Shown: positions 26,067 to 39,644 of the stretch, one piece after another
Position numbering within the stretch: the first letter of the stretch is position 1
Layout of the letters: each line of letters begins with the position of its first letter
Source: Escherichia coli
GTDB taxonomy: Bacteria > Pseudomonadota > Gammaproteobacteria > Enterobacterales > Enterobacteriaceae
Strand: one strand, 5' to 3'
DNA: 64,000 bases
Assembly (NCBI RefSeq): GCF_030013595.1
Contig: NZ_CP122768.1
Position numbers and translations under genes: made by a program
The notes under the pieces: generated by a model
What the model saw: only the letters and a program-made list of their open reading frames with translations
Database searches by the model: none
What the model was told of the DNA's origin: nothing

Positions 26067-27827
26067 TTAACCGCGTAATTCGTGCGCCCGACGAAAACGA
26101 CCTTCGTAATCGAACACTTTTTCACGCACTTGCCAGTACTGACCTTTCATGCGGGCGACGACAAAATCCGGGTGTCGCAGTAATGCTTGCTGGGCGAGGA
26201 TATCGGCGGCGGTGATCCAGCGCAGAGGGATGCCCGGTGTGCGCGTATGCGGACGGATAAAAAGTTGTTCGAAGGCGGTACGCTGGGCGGGCGTTTGCAG
26301 ACGGAAACGCTCACTCACATCCGCGCCGTCTTCATCGTAATAGGTGATTTTCAACCATTCGCCTTTCTCGTCGTGCCCATGCTGCAAAGACATGCCGCTA
26401 CAGCGTAATACCAGCGCGTCTTTCAGTCGTAGCGCCGCTTTTAACATATCATCCGGATCAACCAGTACCGTGTCACATTCGCGGCAGCGGCGGGCGGCAA
26501 TATCGTTTTCCGCGTTACATTGCGGGCAATTTTTAAAACGGAAACGGAAGTCACATTGTTCGCGATGACCGTCGTCATCTTCAAACCATCCCTGACAGCG
26601 GCGACCAAAGTGTTCAATCAATGTCCCGTCAGCGGTCGTTTTCCCCCAAAAGGTGTTGGCAAAACCGCAGGCAGGGCAGAAAACCTGTACCGGGACGTTG
26701 TCACTTTTGCCTTTCGGTGTACCAACTTCCGGCGCGTAGAGATCGTGAGGATTACCCGCATAATCAAGAATTAAGCAATCAGTCTTGCCTGGAGCCAGAC
26801 GCAGACCGCGCCCGACAATTTGTTGGTAAAGACTCACCGATTCGGTAGGGCGCAGAATAGCAATAAGATCGACGTGTGGGGCGTCAAATCCGGTGGTCAG
26901 TACTGCGACGTTGACCAGATAGCGAAAACGCTGGGCTTTAAAATCTTCAATTAACACATCGCGCTCAGCGCCGGGTGTGTCGCCAGTAATCAGTGCTGCA
27001 TCTTCGGCAGGCAGCAGTCCCACTATCTCCTTGGCGTGTTCAACGGTGGCGGCGAAAATCATCACCCCTTTGCGCGTTGCAGCAAACTCCATAATCTGGC
27101 TGATGATGTGCGGGGTAATACGTTGTTGTTTTTTCAGCTCACGGTTGAGATCGGCTTCGCTGAACAGCCCGTTACTCTGTGCCTGCAAGCGGCTGAAATC
27201 GTATTGCACTACTGGCATATCCAGTCGTTCTGGCGGCGTCAGATAGCCGTGTTTAATCATATAACGCAGCGGCAGCTCATAAATGCAGTCACGGAAAAGG
27301 GCTTTCTCATCGCCGCGTACCATGCCGTGATAATGGAACTGGTAGATCCAGCCTTTGCCCAATCGAAAAGGCGTGGCAGTCAGCCCCAGCAGGCGTAAGT
27401 GGGGATTCACTTTTGTCAGGTGAGTGAGGATTTGCTGATACTGGCTCTCTTCATCGTCACCAATACGGTGACATTCATCGACAATCAACAGCGAAAATTC
27501 ACCCTGAAAGGCATCAAGATTACGGGCGACCGACTGCACGCTGCCAAATACCACTTTACCGTGGCTCTCTTTGCGCTTTAGCCCGGCGGCAAAAATATCG
27601 GCTTCCAGCCCCAGCGCCTGATATTTTGCATGGTTTTGCGCCACCAGTTCTTTAACGTGTGCCAGCACCAGCACGCGACCACGCGCCAGCCGCGCCAGTT
27701 CCGCTATCACCAGGCTTTTACCTGCACCGGTGGGCAGCACGATAACGGCAGGGGTTTTATGACGACGAAAATGGTTGAGCGTGGCATCCACGGCTTCTTG
27801 CTGATATGGGCGGAGTGTAAAAATCAT
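26067..27827 (-). CDS. yejH: ATP-dependent DNA helicase YejH/RadD (SF2)
   Basis: 586 aa, Walker A PTGAGKS, DECH box, C-terminal zinc-finger cysteines. Confidence 0.9.
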   Translation of the reverse strand: MIFTLRPYQQEAVDATLNHFRRHKTPAVIVLPTGAGKSLVIAELARLARGRVLVLAHVKELVAQNHAKYQALGLEADIFAAGLKRKESHGKVVFGSVQSVARNLDAFQGEFSLLIVDECHRIGDDEESQYQQILTHLTKVNPHLRLLGLTATPFRLGKGWIYQFHYHGMVRGDEKALFRDCIYELPLRYMIKHGYLTPPERLDMPVVQYDFSRLQAQSNGLFSEADLNRELKKQQRITPHIISQIMEFAATRKGVMIFAATVEHAKEIVGLLPAEDAALITGDTPGAERDVLIEDFKAQRFRYLVNVAVLTTGFDAPHVDLIAILRPTESVSLYQQIVGRGLRLAPGKTDCLILDYAGNPHDLYAPEVGTPKGKSDNVPVQVFCPACGFANTFWGKTTADGTLIEHFGRRCQGWFEDDDGHREQCDFRFRFKNCPQCNAENDIAARRCRECDTVLVDPDDMLKAALRLKDALVLRCSGMSLQHGHDEKGEWLKITYYDEDGADVSERFRLQTPAQRTAFEQLFIRPHTRTPGIPLRWITAADILAQQALLRHPDFVVARMKGQYWQVREKVFDYEGRFRRAHELRG

Positions 27828-27976
27828 GGTCTCGCGTAGGTAGATTATTCTGCTAATAGTATGCCACGGATCTTTTTCCCTTGAGGGAAGTTATTAGACC
27901 GCTATACTGGGCAGACAACAGTTCAGATTTTCGGGTCATTACCCGACCTCCGTTTTTTACAGGCAAAATCACACAC

Positions 27977-28672
27977 ATGCGACTTGATAAATTTATCGCA
28001 CAGCAACTCGGCGTTAGCCGTGCTATTGCCGGGCGTGAAATCCGCGGCAATCGTGTCACCGTCGATGGTGAAATCGTCCGTAATGCAGCGTTCAAACTGC
28101 TCCCTGAACATGATGTCGCTTACGATGGCAACCCGCTGGTGCAGCAACACGGTCCACGTTACTTCATGCTCAATAAGCCTCAGGGCTATGTTTGCTCCAC
28201 GGACGACCCGGATCACCCAACGGTGCTTTATTTTCTTGATGAACCGGTAGCGTGGAAACTGCACGCTGCAGGGCGTCTGGATATCGATACCACCGGTCTG
28301 GTACTAATGACAGATGATGGTCAGTGGTCGCACCGCATTACTTCTCCGCGCCATCATTGTGAGAAGACCTATCTGGTGACGCTGGAATCACCCGTAGCTG
28401 ACGATACGGCAGAGCAATTTGCTAAAGGCGTGCAGCTGCATAACGAAAATGATCTCACTAAGCCGGCGGTGCTGGAAGTGATTACCCCAACGCAGGTTCG
28501 TTTGACCATCAGCGAAGGGCGTTATCATCAGGTGAAACGTATGTTCGCCGCCGTGGGTAACCATGTGGTTGAGCTGCATCGTGAACGTATTGGCGGCATT
28601 ACGCTGGATGCTGATTTAGCCCCCGGTGAATATCGTCCGTTAACTGAAGAAGAAATTGCCAGCGTCGTCTAA
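27977..28672 (+). CDS. rsuA: 16S rRNA pseudouridine(516) synthase RsuA
   Basis: 231 aa from [13 protein letters not shown]4 domain plus pseudouridine synthase core with catalytic GRLD motif. Confidence 0.9.
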   Translation: MRLDKFIAQQLGVSRAIAGREIRGNRVTVDGEIVRNAAFKLLPEHDVAYDGNPLVQQHGPRYFMLNKPQGYVCSTDDPDHPTVLYFLDEPVAWKLHAAGRLDIDTTGLVLMTDDGQWSHRITSPRHHCEKTYLVTLESPVADDTAEQFAKGVQLHNENDLTKPAVLEVITPTQVRLTISEGRYHQVKRMFAAVGNHVVELHRERIGGITLDADLAPGEYRPLTEEEIASVV

Positions 28673-28699
28673 CTTTTTAATGACTTTCAGGAGCCCGTT

Positions 28700-29890
28700 G
28701 TGACCACCCGACAGCATTCGTCGTTTGCTATTGTTTTTATCCTTGGCCTGCTGGCCATGTTGATGCCGCTGTCGATTGATATGTATCTGCCTGCGCTACC
28801 GGTAATTTCAGCGCAGTTTGGCGTACCGGCGGGCAGTACGCAGATGACCCTCAGTACTTATATTCTGGGCTTTGCGTTGGGGCAGTTAATCTACGGGCCG
28901 ATGGCAGACAGCTTCGGGCGTAAGCCGGTGGTTCTTGGCGGTACGCTGGTGTTTGCCGCCGCCGCGGTGGCGTGTGCGTTGGCACAAACTATCGAGCAGC
29001 TGATTGTGATGCGTTTCTTCCACGGACTGGCGGCTGCTGCGGCCAGCGTGGTTATCAACGCTTTAATGCGTGATATCTACCCGAAAGAAGAGTTCTCGCG
29101 GATGATGTCGTTTGTCATGCTGGTGACGACCATTGCACCGCTGATGGCACCGATAGTTGGCGGCTGGGTACTGGTGTGGCTGAGCTGGCATTACATCTTC
29201 TGGATCCTCGCCGTGGCGGCGATTCTGGCTTCGGCAATGATTTTCTTCCTGATTAAAGAAACGTTGCCGCCAGAGCGTCGTCAGCCATTTCACATTCGTA
29301 CCACTATTGGTAACTTTGCGGCGCTGTTCCGTCATAAGCGTGTCCTGAGTTATATGCTTGCCAGTGGTTTCAGCTTTGCCGGGATGTTCTCGTTCTTAAG
29401 CGCCGGACCGTTTGTCTACATTGAAATTAACCACGTCGCGCCGGAAAACTTTGGTTATTACTTTGCGCTAAACATTGTTTTCCTGTTCGTGATGACCATC
29501 TTTAACAGCCGCTTCGTCCGCCGAATTGGCGCGTTAAATATGTTCCGCTCGGGGTTGTGGATACAGTTTATTATGGCGGCGTGGATGGTCATCAGTGCGC
29601 TGCTGGGGCTGGGATTCTGGTCGCTGGTGGTTGGCGTTGCGGCGTTTGTGGGCTGCGTGTCGATGGTGTCATCTAATGCGATGGCGGTCATTCTTGATGA
29701 GTTTCCCCATATGGCGGGAACGGCATCTTCGCTGGCAGGAACCTTCCGTTTCGGCATAGGGGCAATTGTTGGCGCATTGCTTTCTCTTGCGACCTTTAAC
29801 TCTGCATGGCCGATGATTTGGTCAATTGCATTCTGCGCAACCAGCTCCATTCTCTTCTGTCTGTACGCCAGTCGGCCGAAAAAACGGTGA
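28700..29890 (+). CDS. bcr: MFS multidrug (bicyclomycin) efflux transporter Bcr
   Basis: 396 aa, 12-TM MFS topology, GTG start. Confidence 0.9.
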   Translation: MTTRQHSSFAIVFILGLLAMLMPLSIDMYLPALPVISAQFGVPAGSTQMTLSTYILGFALGQLIYGPMADSFGRKPVVLGGTLVFAAAAVACALAQTIEQLIVMRFFHGLAAAAASVVINALMRDIYPKEEFSRMMSFVMLVTTIAPLMAPIVGGWVLVWLSWHYIFWILAVAAILASAMIFFLIKETLPPERRQPFHIRTTIGNFAALFRHKRVLSYMLASGFSFAGMFSFLSAGPFVYIEINHVAPENFGYYFALNIVFLFVMTIFNSRFVRRIGALNMFRSGLWIQFIMAAWMVISALLGLGFWSLVVGVAAFVGCVSMVSSNAMAVILDEFPHMAGTASSLAGTFRFGIGAIVGALLSLATFNSAWPMIWSIAFCATSSILFCLYASRPKKR

Positions 29891-30222
29891 TCTATTGCAC
29901 AACGAGGAAGCTAAAAGGCTTCCTTTGTTGATGCATGTCAACCATAAATCCATCATTCCCCCGATATATGTTTATTTTATGTAAAATCAATTTATGTAAA
30001 AAGTCACATCATTGTAGTTAAAAAGGTTGAGTTAGATCGCAGAAACGGGTACATATAGCCCCGCAAACGTGACCACGCCCGCAGATATTATTTAAATCAG
30101 AGCCATAGAGGCCACGCTGGCGAGGCATCAATCTTTACGATCTGTATAAAGACGGATTGTTGATGATGTGTTAAAGTTGATGTAAACAAATTGTGAAGTA
30201 AATGTGCTTCCGGGGAAAATAA

Positions 30223-30567
30223 GTGACTTCATTACAACTCTCAATCGTCCATCGACTGCCGCAGAACTATCGCTGGTCTGCTGGTTTCGCAGGTTCGAAG
30301 GTTGAACCGATTCCGCAAAATGGACCGTGCGGTGACAACAGCCTGGTGGCGCTTAAATTGCTTAGCCCGGATGGCGATAATGCATGGTCGGTGATGTACA
30401 AACTCAGCCAGGCGTTAAGCGACATCGAAGTTCCATGCTCGGTACTGGAGTGTGAAGGTGAGCCGTGCCTGTTTGTAAATCGCCAGGACGAGTTTGCAGC
30501 AACATGCCGATTGAAAAATTTTGGTGTGGCAATTGCCGAACCCTTTTCAAACTACAATCCTTTTTAA
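30223..30567 (+). CDS. yejG: Uncharacterised protein YejG
   Basis: 114-aa ORF at the backbone position. Confidence 0.8.
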
Positions 30568-30570
30568 GCG

Positions 30571-32160
30571 TCAGCTCAACGCCAGTAGCTGACGCGTATA
30601 CTCCTGCTGCGGTGCGGCAAACACGCGCGCGCACGGTCCTTGTTCCACTACTTCCCCTTGTCGCAGTACGATAACCTGATGACATAACGCGCGGACAACG
30701 TGCAAATCGTGACTGATAAACAAATAGGCCAATTGATGCTTCTGTTGCAATGATTTCAATAGCGTCAATATTTGCGCCTGTACCGTTTTGTCGAGCGATG
30801 ATGTTGGTTCATCGAGTATGATCAGCGAGGGCTTAAGAATTAACGCCCTGGCAATCGCAATACGTTGCCGCTGACCACCAGAGAACTCCGCTGGATAACG
30901 GTGGCGTGTTTCAGGATCTAATCCCACTTCATGCATCACGGCTATCACTTGTTGTTCGCGTTGTACGGCAGAAAGCGTCGGCTGTTGAACCCGTAAGCCT
31001 TCCTCAATAATTTGCAAAACGTTGAGTCGTGGGTTGAGCGAGGAGTTTGGATCCTGAAATACCACCTGAATGCGATGACGAATAGGTAACAGCTGGCGGC
31101 GATTTAAATTTTGCAGTGGCTGACCGTCAAAGATAATGCTGCCCTGAGAATTAATCAGTCGCAGCAGCGCCAGTCCCGTCGTGCTTTTCCCGGAACCTGA
31201 CTCGCCTACTAAACCCAGTGTTTCACCCGCCCGTAGCGTAAAACTGATGTTTTTCACCACCACATTATGATCCACAATGCGCTTCAAAATCCCTTTGCGA
31301 ATGGGGAAGGCAACCTGAAGCTGTTCAACATCCAGCAACGTTGAGGCAGGTTCTGGCAATGGCACCGGGTCGCCTGACGGTTCACTGTTGAGTAGCCTTT
31401 GTGTGTAAGGATGAGTGGGTGAGGCAAATAGCGTAGCGGCGTTATTTTGCTCGACACAGCGACCGTTTTGCATTACCGCCACGCGGTGGGCTAGTTTTCT
31501 GACAATGCTGAGGTTATGAGTAATAAACAGCATGCCCATATTCAGCTCGCCTTGCAGTTCGCGCAACAGCTGTAAAATCTGCGCCTGGACAGAGACGTCC
31601 AGCGCGGTGGTCGGTTCATCGGCAATTAATAATTCCGGTCGCGTTAACAGCGCCATCGCAATCATCACCCGCTGGCGTTCGCCGCCGGAGAGCTGATGCG
31701 GATAATCTGTCAGCCGTTTTGCCGCCTGGCGGATACCGACGCGATCAAGGCAGTTAAGAATTTCGCCACGAGCCGCTTCCCGACGCATCCCGCGGTGGAG
31801 TGAAAGCACTTCATAAAGCTGTTTTTCCAGGGTATGCAATGGATTTAACGACACCATCGGTTCCTGAAAAATCATGGCAATCTTATTACCGCGTACACCG
31901 CGTAACGTTTGATCGCTGGCATGAAGCAGCGATTCGCCATGAAAACGAATATCGCCGGAGAGATATTCAACCGGCGGGGAAGGGAGCAGGCGTAAAATTG
32001 ACAGCGCGGTAACGCTCTTACCTGAACCAGACTCACCCACCAGCGCCAGCGTTTCGCCAGCCTCAATCTGAAGTGAAACATCATTGACTACTGTGCGTAC
32101 GGTTTGCTGATGGCGAAAACCCACCGACAAATTTTCAATCGCTAACAGAGTTTGCGTCAT
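30571..32160 (-). CDS. yejF: Oligopeptide/microcin C ABC transporter, fused double ATPase YejF
   Basis: 529 aa from [11 protein letters not shown], two Walker A motifs (GESGSGKS twice). Confidence 0.9.
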   Translation of the reverse strand: MTQTLLAIENLSVGFRHQQTVRTVVNDVSLQIEAGETLALVGESGSGKSVTALSILRLLPSPPVEYLSGDIRFHGESLLHASDQTLRGVRGNKIAMIFQEPMVSLNPLHTLEKQLYEVLSLHRGMRREAARGEILNCLDRVGIRQAAKRLTDYPHQLSGGERQRVMIAMALLTRPELLIADEPTTALDVSVQAQILQLLRELQGELNMGMLFITHNLSIVRKLAHRVAVMQNGRCVEQNNAATLFASPTHPYTQRLLNSEPSGDPVPLPEPASTLLDVEQLQVAFPIRKGILKRIVDHNVVVKNISFTLRAGETLGLVGESGSGKSTTGLALLRLINSQGSIIFDGQPLQNLNRRQLLPIRHRIQVVFQDPNSSLNPRLNVLQIIEEGLRVQQPTLSAVQREQQVIAVMHEVGLDPETRHRYPAEFSGGQRQRIAIARALILKPSLIILDEPTSSLDKTVQAQILTLLKSLQQKHQLAYLFISHDLHVVRALCHQVIVLRQGEVVEQGPCARVFAAPQQEYTRQLLALS

Positions 32161-32161
32161 G

Positions 32162-33187
32162 CTACACCGCCTTATTAGGATCAAATGCGTCGCGGACGGC
32201 TTCACCAATAAAGATCAGCAAAGACAACAATATCGCCACCGACAAGAAGGCGGTGATCCCAAGCCACGGGGCCTGAAGGTTATTTTTCCCTTGTAACAGC
32301 AGTTCGCCGAGTGACGGTGAACCGAGCGGCAGACCGAAGCCGAGGAAATCGAGTGAGGTCAGGGTGGTTATCGAACTACATAAAATAAACGGTAAAAAGG
32401 TGAGGGTAGCGACCATGGCATTTGGCAACATATGACGCAGGATGATACTGCGATCGCTGACGCCAAGCGCCTGCGCCGCGCGGATGTAGTCGAAATTACG
32501 GGTACGTAAAAACTCCGCCCGCACCACGCCGACCAGACTCATCCAGCCAAACAAGACGGTAATTGCCAGCAGCCACCAGAAGTTAGGCTGTACGACGCTG
32601 GAAAGTAAAATAATCAAAAACAGCGTCGGCATCCCCGACCATACTTCAATAAAACGTTGCCCCCAGAGATCGACTTTACCGCCGTAATAGCCTTGTAGCG
32701 CCCCCGCCAGCACGCCCATCACGCTGGAGCAGAGGGTCAGCATCAGGCCAAACAGAACTGAGATCCGCGTGCCATAGAGAATACGTGCCAGCACATCGCC
32801 GCCATTGGCATCCGTTCCCAGCCAGTTTTGCCGGGAGGGTGGGGAGGGGAAGGGCTTGTCGGTAGAAAAGTTGATACTGGTAGCGCCAAAGCGAATCGGT
32901 GCCCACAGTACCCAGCCTTTATCTTCCAACCGCTGTTTCAGCCACGGGTCCTGATAATCAGCCTGGCTTGCCAGCGGGCCGCCAAAATCGCTTTCGCTGT
33001 AGTTTTTCAACAACGGGAAATACCAACTGCCGTCATAACGCACCAGCAACGGTTTATCGTTGGCGATCAGTTCAGAACACAAACTCAAACCAAACAAAAC
33101 GAGGAAAATCCATAACGACCAGTAGCCGCGACGGTTATGACGAAAACGCGCCCAACGGGCCTGATTGACGGGGCTGAGTCGCGACAT
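32162..33187 (-). CDS. yejE: ABC transporter permease YejE
   Basis: 341-aa polytopic permease. Confidence 0.9.
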   Translation of the reverse strand: MSRLSPVNQARWARFRHNRRGYWSLWIFLVLFGLSLCSELIANDKPLLVRYDGSWYFPLLKNYSESDFGGPLASQADYQDPWLKQRLEDKGWVLWAPIRFGATSINFSTDKPFPSPPSRQNWLGTDANGGDVLARILYGTRISVLFGLMLTLCSSVMGVLAGALQGYYGGKVDLWGQRFIEVWSGMPTLFLIILLSSVVQPNFWWLLAITVLFGWMSLVGVVRAEFLRTRNFDYIRAAQALGVSDRSIILRHMLPNAMVATLTFLPFILCSSITTLTSLDFLGFGLPLGSPSLGELLLQGKNNLQAPWLGITAFLSVAILLSLLIFIGEAVRDAFDPNKAV

Positions 33188-34281
33188 TAACGTCCCTCAA
33201 AATCTATACGCGGATCGACCAGCGTATAGCTGATATCACTGACAATATTCAGCAGCAGGCCAATCAGGGTGAAAATATACAAGGTACCAAACATTACAGG
33301 ATAATCGCGCGAGACGGTCGCTTCGTAGCCCAGTAAGCCAAGACCATTGAGTGAAAACATCACCTCAATCAGCAGCGAGCCGGTAAAAAACATGCTGATA
33401 AACGTCGCCGGAAAACCGGCAATCACCAGCAGCATGGCGTTGCGGAACACATGTTTCCAGAGAATATTTTTTTCACTTACCCCTTTCGCACGGGCGGTCA
33501 CCACGTATTGCTTGCGCACTTCATCAAGGAATGAGTTTTTTGTCAGCATGGTCAGCGCCGCAAAGCCGCCAATCACTGTCGCCAGCACCGGCAGCGTGAT
33601 ATGCCACAGATAATCGGTGATTTTCTGATACCACGGCAGCGAATCAAAGTTAGCGGAAACCAGGCCGCGTAGAGGGAACAGGTCGAAATAGCTGCCGCCT
33701 GCGAAGAAGACAATCAGCAGGATGGCAAACAAAAAGGCCGGAATGGCGTAGCCGATGATGATAAATGCGCTACTCCAGACGTCAAAGCGGCTACCATTAT
33801 AAACAGCTTTGCGAATGCCTAACGGAATCGACACCAGATAGATAATCAGCGTGCTCCACAATCCGAGGGTGATGGAAACCGGCAGACTGTCTTTAATCAG
33901 CGTCAGCACTGAGGCGCTGCGAAACAGGCTATCGCCAAAATCAAAGCGGATGTAGTCCCAGAGCATTTTGAAGTAACGTTCGTGGATCGGCTTATCGAAA
34001 CCGTAGCGATGAGTGATCTCGGCGATCACTTCTGGATCTAATCCGCGTCCGCCACGGTAATTACTGTCGCTGATATTACCGACGCCCGTTTGCGCATGGC
34101 TGGCGCGAACACCTTCACCGCCTGCGCCGGGTAATACTCCGGCATTACCAAACTCAATGGCGGCGATGGCCTGGTCGACCGGACCGCCAGGCGCAATTTG
34201 CACGATGAAAAAGTTGATAGTGATAATCGCCCATAACGTTGGGATCACCAGCAACAGACGGCGAATCAGATAAGCGCCCAT
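33187..34281 (-). CDS. yejB: ABC transporter permease YejB
   Basis: 364-aa polytopic permease. Confidence 0.9.
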
Positions 34282-36096
34282 CTACTCTCCCTGTTGTCTG
34301 GCTGACGGCAGTTTGGCCGCTTTATTAACGTCATACCACCAGGTATCGATACCCAGGCTGTAAACAGGGCGTACAGCGGGTTGGGAGAATTTATCCCACC
34401 AGGCGAGACGGTCTTCTGCCATATACCACATTGGCAGCATGTAATAATTCCACGTTAATACGCGATCCAGTGCTCGCCCCAACGGCAGTAATTTTTCTTT
34501 ATTTCCCTGCGCGGCAATAATTTGGTTGATCAGCGAGTCGATAACCGGGCTTTGCACGCCGGGGGCATTATAAGTGGAATTGATATATTCCGATGACCAG
34601 GAAATCTGTAAATCGGAACTGGGCCACGGCATCGCCCGCCATACGCGCGGCATCATGTCATAGTCGCGACTGCGCATGCGGTTGGTGATTTGCGAGTTAT
34701 CCACTTTGCGAATGTCCATGTTGATACCCAGCCGTTGCAGGCTGTGCTGGAACGGCAATACCCACTGACTATTGCTGCTCGAAGGTAGCAATAACTCAAA
34801 GCTGAGCGGCTGACCCGTTGTGGCATTTACGCGTTGCTGACCCTTCAGCACCCAGCCCGCTTCGTTGAGAAGTTTGTCGGCTTTTAACAGGTTGTCACGA
34901 TCGTAGCCATCGCCTTTGGATACCGGCGGCTGGTAGATTTGTGTGAAGACTTCTGGCGGTAGATCTTTTTTCATTGGTGCCAGAAGCAGCAGCTCCGCGG
35001 CGTCGGGGTAATTTCTGGCCGCGTATTCGGTATTCTGAAAATAACTGTTCGTGCGACTCCAGGCATTGTAAAACAACGCTTTGTTCATCCATTCAAAGTC
35101 AAAGGCGAGAGTGATCGCTTCCCGCACCCGGCGATCGCTGAATACCGGACGTTGGATATTAAACGCCAGCCAGCGCGTATCCTGGGCTGATTCGTTCTTT
35201 TGCTCATCTTTGATGATGTATTTCTTATCGAAATTTTTACCGGTATAGCGCGTGGCCCAGTTTTTGGCGTCGTTTTCCATACGCAAATCAAAGGCACCGG
35301 CTTTAAACGCTTCAAAGGCGACATTATCATCGAGGTAATAATCGTAGCGAATGGTGTCGAAATTCCAGCGTCCACGGTTTACCGGTAAGTTTGCTGCCCA
35401 GTAATCTTTCACGCGGGAATAGACAATATTTTGCCCCATTTTCCAGGACGTAATTCGGTACGGACCACTGGCAAGCGGAGGCGTGGCGAGCGGGTCGCTA
35501 AGTTTGTGATTCTTCCAGTACTTTTCTGGAAACACCGGCAGCGAAAACAGACTCAGCATATCTTCTTTGCCGGGTTTAGCTAACTCAATGCGCACGGTTA
35601 ACGGCGCAATGGCTTTGACGGTGGTGCCTTTGTAGACCAGACGAAATTGCGGCACGCCTTCGGTCATAAATTTTTGAAAAGTAAACTCTACATCGCGGGC
35701 AGTAATGGGCGAACCATCATGAAAACGGGCGAGCGGATTAATAGCGACCTCCACCCAGGAATAATCGTCAGCATAGCGTGCACTTTCAGCAATCAGCGGG
35801 TAATAACTGCCTGGTTCGTCATCGGAAGTCGTAAATAGCGTGTCGTACAGCTGCTCGGTGCGTGCGCCCGGGTTGCCGCGCAGTGCATAGCGGTTGAAAT
35901 TATCGAAGGTGCCGAGGGCTGACAACGTTATCTGCCCCCCTTTTGGCGCGGCGGGGTTCACATAATCAAAATGGTTGAAATTAAACGCGTACCGGGGTTC
36001 GCCCAGCACGGCAAAGGCATAGCTTTCCTTGATAGCCTGCGCCTGCGCACCAAAGGTGAACAGAGCGATAAACAGCAGCAGTATGCGCACAATCAT
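34282..36096 (-). CDS. yejA: ABC transporter periplasmic substrate-binding protein YejA
   Basis: 604 aa with signal peptide, family 5 solute-binding protein. Confidence 0.9.
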
Positions 36097-36177
36097 CTGC
36101 AACGGATTTCCTTTTACTCATCATTAGCCGCAATCCGGCATGCTTTCACTATGAATAATAAGGGACGTAAGCACACC

Positions 36178-37734
36178 TTACCACTGCGGCGTATACGGTT
36201 TCTTCAGCCAGCGGACAAAATCGTCCAGCGGTAACGGGCGACTAATCCAGTAGCCTTGCATGAAATTAACGCCGCGTTCGCTTAGCCATCGCGCCTGTTC
36301 CGGCGTTTCGACCCCTTCAGCAACCGTCAGCATATTGAGACGTTTCGCCAGCGTCAGCACCGCGTCAAGTACGGGTGAAGTGATCGTTTCCGTACCGATG
36401 GCGTTGATAAATCCACGGTCAATTTTCAGATAATCGAGCGTAAAACGCTCAAGGTAGATAAGCGCGCTGTGCCCGGTACCGAAGTCATCAATAGCAATTT
36501 CTACGCCGACCGAGTGTAGCCAGGCAAAGAGTTGCGTGGCTTCTTGCTCTTTCAGCATATCGCGCTCGGTAATTTCCAGCACAATCTGGAAATGGTGTGC
36601 GGGCAGGGAAGTGAGCAGTTTCTGGATATCTGCTTTAAAGCTTTCGCTGTGCAGATGGTCCGGCGCAATGTTAATGCCAAATTTGACGCCTACCGGCAGT
36701 ACTTTTTCTAATTCTGCGGTATCGCGGGCAATTAACTCAAACAGGTGCTGAGTCAGCGGCACAATCATCTTTTGCGATTCGGCAAAGTTAATGAAGGCAT
36801 CCGGGGGAATTTCTCCCGCTACAGGATGCCGCCAGCGTAGCAGTACTTCCAGGCCCGTTACCCGCAAAGCTTGTGTATCCACCACCGGTTGATACGCCAC
36901 GTAAAATTGTTCGCGCTTGATGGCGGTCATGATTTCTCTGCCGGGGCGCATACGTACGCTCATCAGGTAATAGCAAAGCAGGCCAACGACAGTTCCACTC
37001 ATGCCGCCCAGTAAAAATGCGTACCACACATCGTTCCATGTCCAGTCATCCGCATAAAGCCGAACGGTCAGAGGAATGCCCGCAATTTTAGTTTCACGGA
37101 CCGGCATGTCGGTTAATTCATTAACATTCATCAAACGTGACGAAAAGGTAGATAGCGCAGTATTGCCAATAATGAGGGCGACGCCATCGTAATCTTCCTG
37201 CCGTGAACTATAAAAGAGTGAAGGCGTCAGGTTGAGATTCAGCGCGGCAAAGACGCCGCTATTTTTCAACAACGGGTTGCGATACCAAATGACGATTGCG
37301 GGTTTGTTCGGCACCATCGGCGTGCCGGGTAAGATCGCCATATCGACGTTTTTATTAATGTCGAGCGCCGGAATCAATTCATTGAGTGGAATGTCCATCT
37401 CACCGGTCGCAGATGAACAGAATGTTTTTTTATCTTTTACCAGCACAAACGTACGGACATTCATGCTAAACGCCGCGCGGGCAGTCAGTTCGGGGTTAGC
37501 CTGCTGGCAGGTATCTAAGGTCAGCGGCTGGAGCCGGTCAGTAGTGGATTTCAGGTCGGCAAAATAGGTATCGAGATACTTTTGTACGTCGGTAATCAGT
37601 GTGTCGTATTTGACTTCGTGCTTATGCCAGGCCACTAAAAACTGAAGGCAGCTCACCAGTATCGCAATCATCACGCCTGCAACAATGCAGGTAAGCAGGA
37701 GCTTACGTCCAGAATTGGGAGCGCGTATGAACAT
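36178..37734 (-). CDS. rtn: Membrane-anchored EAL-domain c-di-GMP phosphodiesterase Rtn
   Basis: 518 aa, N-terminal TM plus periplasmic domain, C-terminal EAL domain (EVLLRW). Confidence 0.85.
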   Translation of the reverse strand: MFIRAPNSGRKLLLTCIVAGVMIAILVSCLQFLVAWHKHEVKYDTLITDVQKYLDTYFADLKSTTDRLQPLTLDTCQQANPELTARAAFSMNVRTFVLVKDKKTFCSSATGEMDIPLNELIPALDINKNVDMAILPGTPMVPNKPAIVIWYRNPLLKNSGVFAALNLNLTPSLFYSSRQEDYDGVALIIGNTALSTFSSRLMNVNELTDMPVRETKIAGIPLTVRLYADDWTWNDVWYAFLLGGMSGTVVGLLCYYLMSVRMRPGREIMTAIKREQFYVAYQPVVDTQALRVTGLEVLLRWRHPVAGEIPPDAFINFAESQKMIVPLTQHLFELIARDTAELEKVLPVGVKFGINIAPDHLHSESFKADIQKLLTSLPAHHFQIVLEITERDMLKEQEATQLFAWLHSVGVEIAIDDFGTGHSALIYLERFTLDYLKIDRGFINAIGTETITSPVLDAVLTLAKRLNMLTVAEGVETPEQARWLSERGVNFMQGYWISRPLPLDDFVRWLKKPYTPQW

Positions 37735-37914
37735 GATTCCGTTAATTTCCTGAAATTACGACAACATTTAAAAGATAACAATGACCGGACTATAGCCTGG
37801 ATCAAGACGCGGAAACATCATTTTCTCTGATGAATGAAAACAAAAAAGCACTGCCTAAGCAGTGCTTTCAGTTAACTCGTCAGGATAGCCAAGGGATTGC
37901 ATCCAAACGGTTTA

Positions 37915-38481
37915 TTAGCTGCGGCTGAGAACCCGGCGTGCTTCGTTGTAACGCTTCTTCCAGTACGGTTCATTCATGCTGGAAATAATAACACCACTGC
38001 TGGTGGAAGCATGGACAAACTGATTGTTGCCGATATAAATACCGACATGGCGTCCTGTTGAACCGGCACGGAACAGAACTAAATCACCCGTACGCAAATT
38101 ACTGCGGGAAACAGATTTACCCATTTCCTGCTGTTCGTAAGTCGAACGCGGAAGTTCTAAGCCAAATTGCTCACGGAATGTACGCTGTACGAAACCAGAA
38201 CAATCGATACCTTTTTTAGTGCTGCCGCCCAGACGATAGCGTACGCCTTTCCAGTCAGCATACTGATCCATAATTCGCGATTTTACGTCGACATTACGAA
38301 CCAGGTTTTCAAATTCATCCTGAGAAGCTTGCAGTGATGATGTTTCACTACCCACTGCACGTGTCTCAGGATGCATATTCTTTGCGGTGTTATTTGCACT
38401 ACATGCAGAAAGCAGAACCGCTACTGCAATCGCGGGGATCCCGCGCAAGATATATCTCAAAATCGGTTGAGATTTGACCAT
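37915..38481 (-). CDS. mepS: Murein DD-endopeptidase MepS (Spr), NlpC/P60 lipoprotein
   Basis: 188 aa, lipobox LSAC, catalytic Cys in GIDCSGFV. Confidence 0.9.
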
Positions 38482-38892
38482 GTTGTTTGTTTTCCCTTGA
38501 AGTCCTTAACGACAAATATCGTTATAAAAAAATGCCAAGCGACACGAGACTAATTACCTGGGCATGTTGAAACAATTCCTTAAGGCCAAATCTGTGGACT
38601 AACGCACAAAATTATATGCTGTGAGGATAATCTACCGCCGAGGCAAAACGAGTTCGAGATTACCCGATTGGTGCGGTCTTGGCGAGCGGTTTTACATGAT
38701 TTTTTATAAGAAAAAGTGATACAGAAAGTTAATAAACGGGATTGGTCAATTAAAGTACGATTGAGTGAAACGCATGCAATCCATTCATTTACTTAGAGAA
38801 TGATTTTTGCGCGCGATGGATGAAAGCACGGTGCGCATCATCAGGATTATCCTCACTATAAAAATAACCCTGATGATGTTAATTACTGTGAG

Positions 38893-39606
38893 TTATTTGT
38901 TTTGGAAATGTTTGTTTTTTCCCGGTAGTGATTTGTCAAAAAAGGTGATTAATCGATCACTTAATGGCGTCAGCAACACCCAGGGCAAACCGATCAATAT
39001 CACGGTCATCGAACCGACAATGATGTCAGTAAACCAGTGTGCGCCAATCATTACTCTGGGAAACGCAAAAACCACAAAAATAATAAGGGCGATAAGGCCT
39101 GCAACTTTGCCGAAATAACGCCACATGAATGCCGAAAAAATAAGCAGCATCATACCATGATCGCCGGGAAAGCTATCTCGTGAGGCATCTTTAGTGGGAA
39201 CAGAGAGCAGTTCGCTGACGCGGTTAATATCGGTAAAAGTCAATGTTGGGCTGGCCCGTTTTACAGGAATTAATGCCTGACCCAGCTGGTTTAATACCAC
39301 TGCAGTTAATAGCATGACCAGACCAATAATCACGATACGTCGTCTGCCTGGGGCGTTTTCTTTCAGCCAGAAACTCAGCATCAACATTCCCATCGCCAGC
39401 AGTGAACAACCGTCGAAAGCGCGATTGTTGGTCAATGCAACCAGCCACAAAAAGGCCTTACTTTCGACCAGTTTCTGATTAAAAAAATAAAAAATATCCG
39501 CATCAATCGGCAACCAGAATCCATGATTAACGGGAATATACCAGGAAAGAAACAGCGCGAGGCCGACAATATTCAACAACACTATTTGCGGCAAATTTTT
39601 AATCAT
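38893..39606 (-). CDS. lpxT: Lipid A 1-diphosphate synthase LpxT (PAP2 family)
   Basis: 237 aa from MIKNLPQIVLLN; PAP2 phosphatase motifs. Confidence 0.85.
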   Translation of the reverse strand: MIKNLPQIVLLNIVGLALFLSWYIPVNHGFWLPIDADIFYFFNQKLVESKAFLWLVALTNNRAFDGCSLLAMGMLMLSFWLKENAPGRRRIVIIGLVMLLTAVVLNQLGQALIPVKRASPTLTFTDINRVSELLSVPTKDASRDSFPGDHGMMLLIFSAFMWRYFGKVAGLIALIIFVVFAFPRVMIGAHWFTDIIVGSMTVILIGLPWVLLTPLSDRLITFFDKSLPGKNKHFQNK

Positions 39607-39644
39607 ATTTTCTCTAATTATCTTACTGAAAAACGCAGGCAACC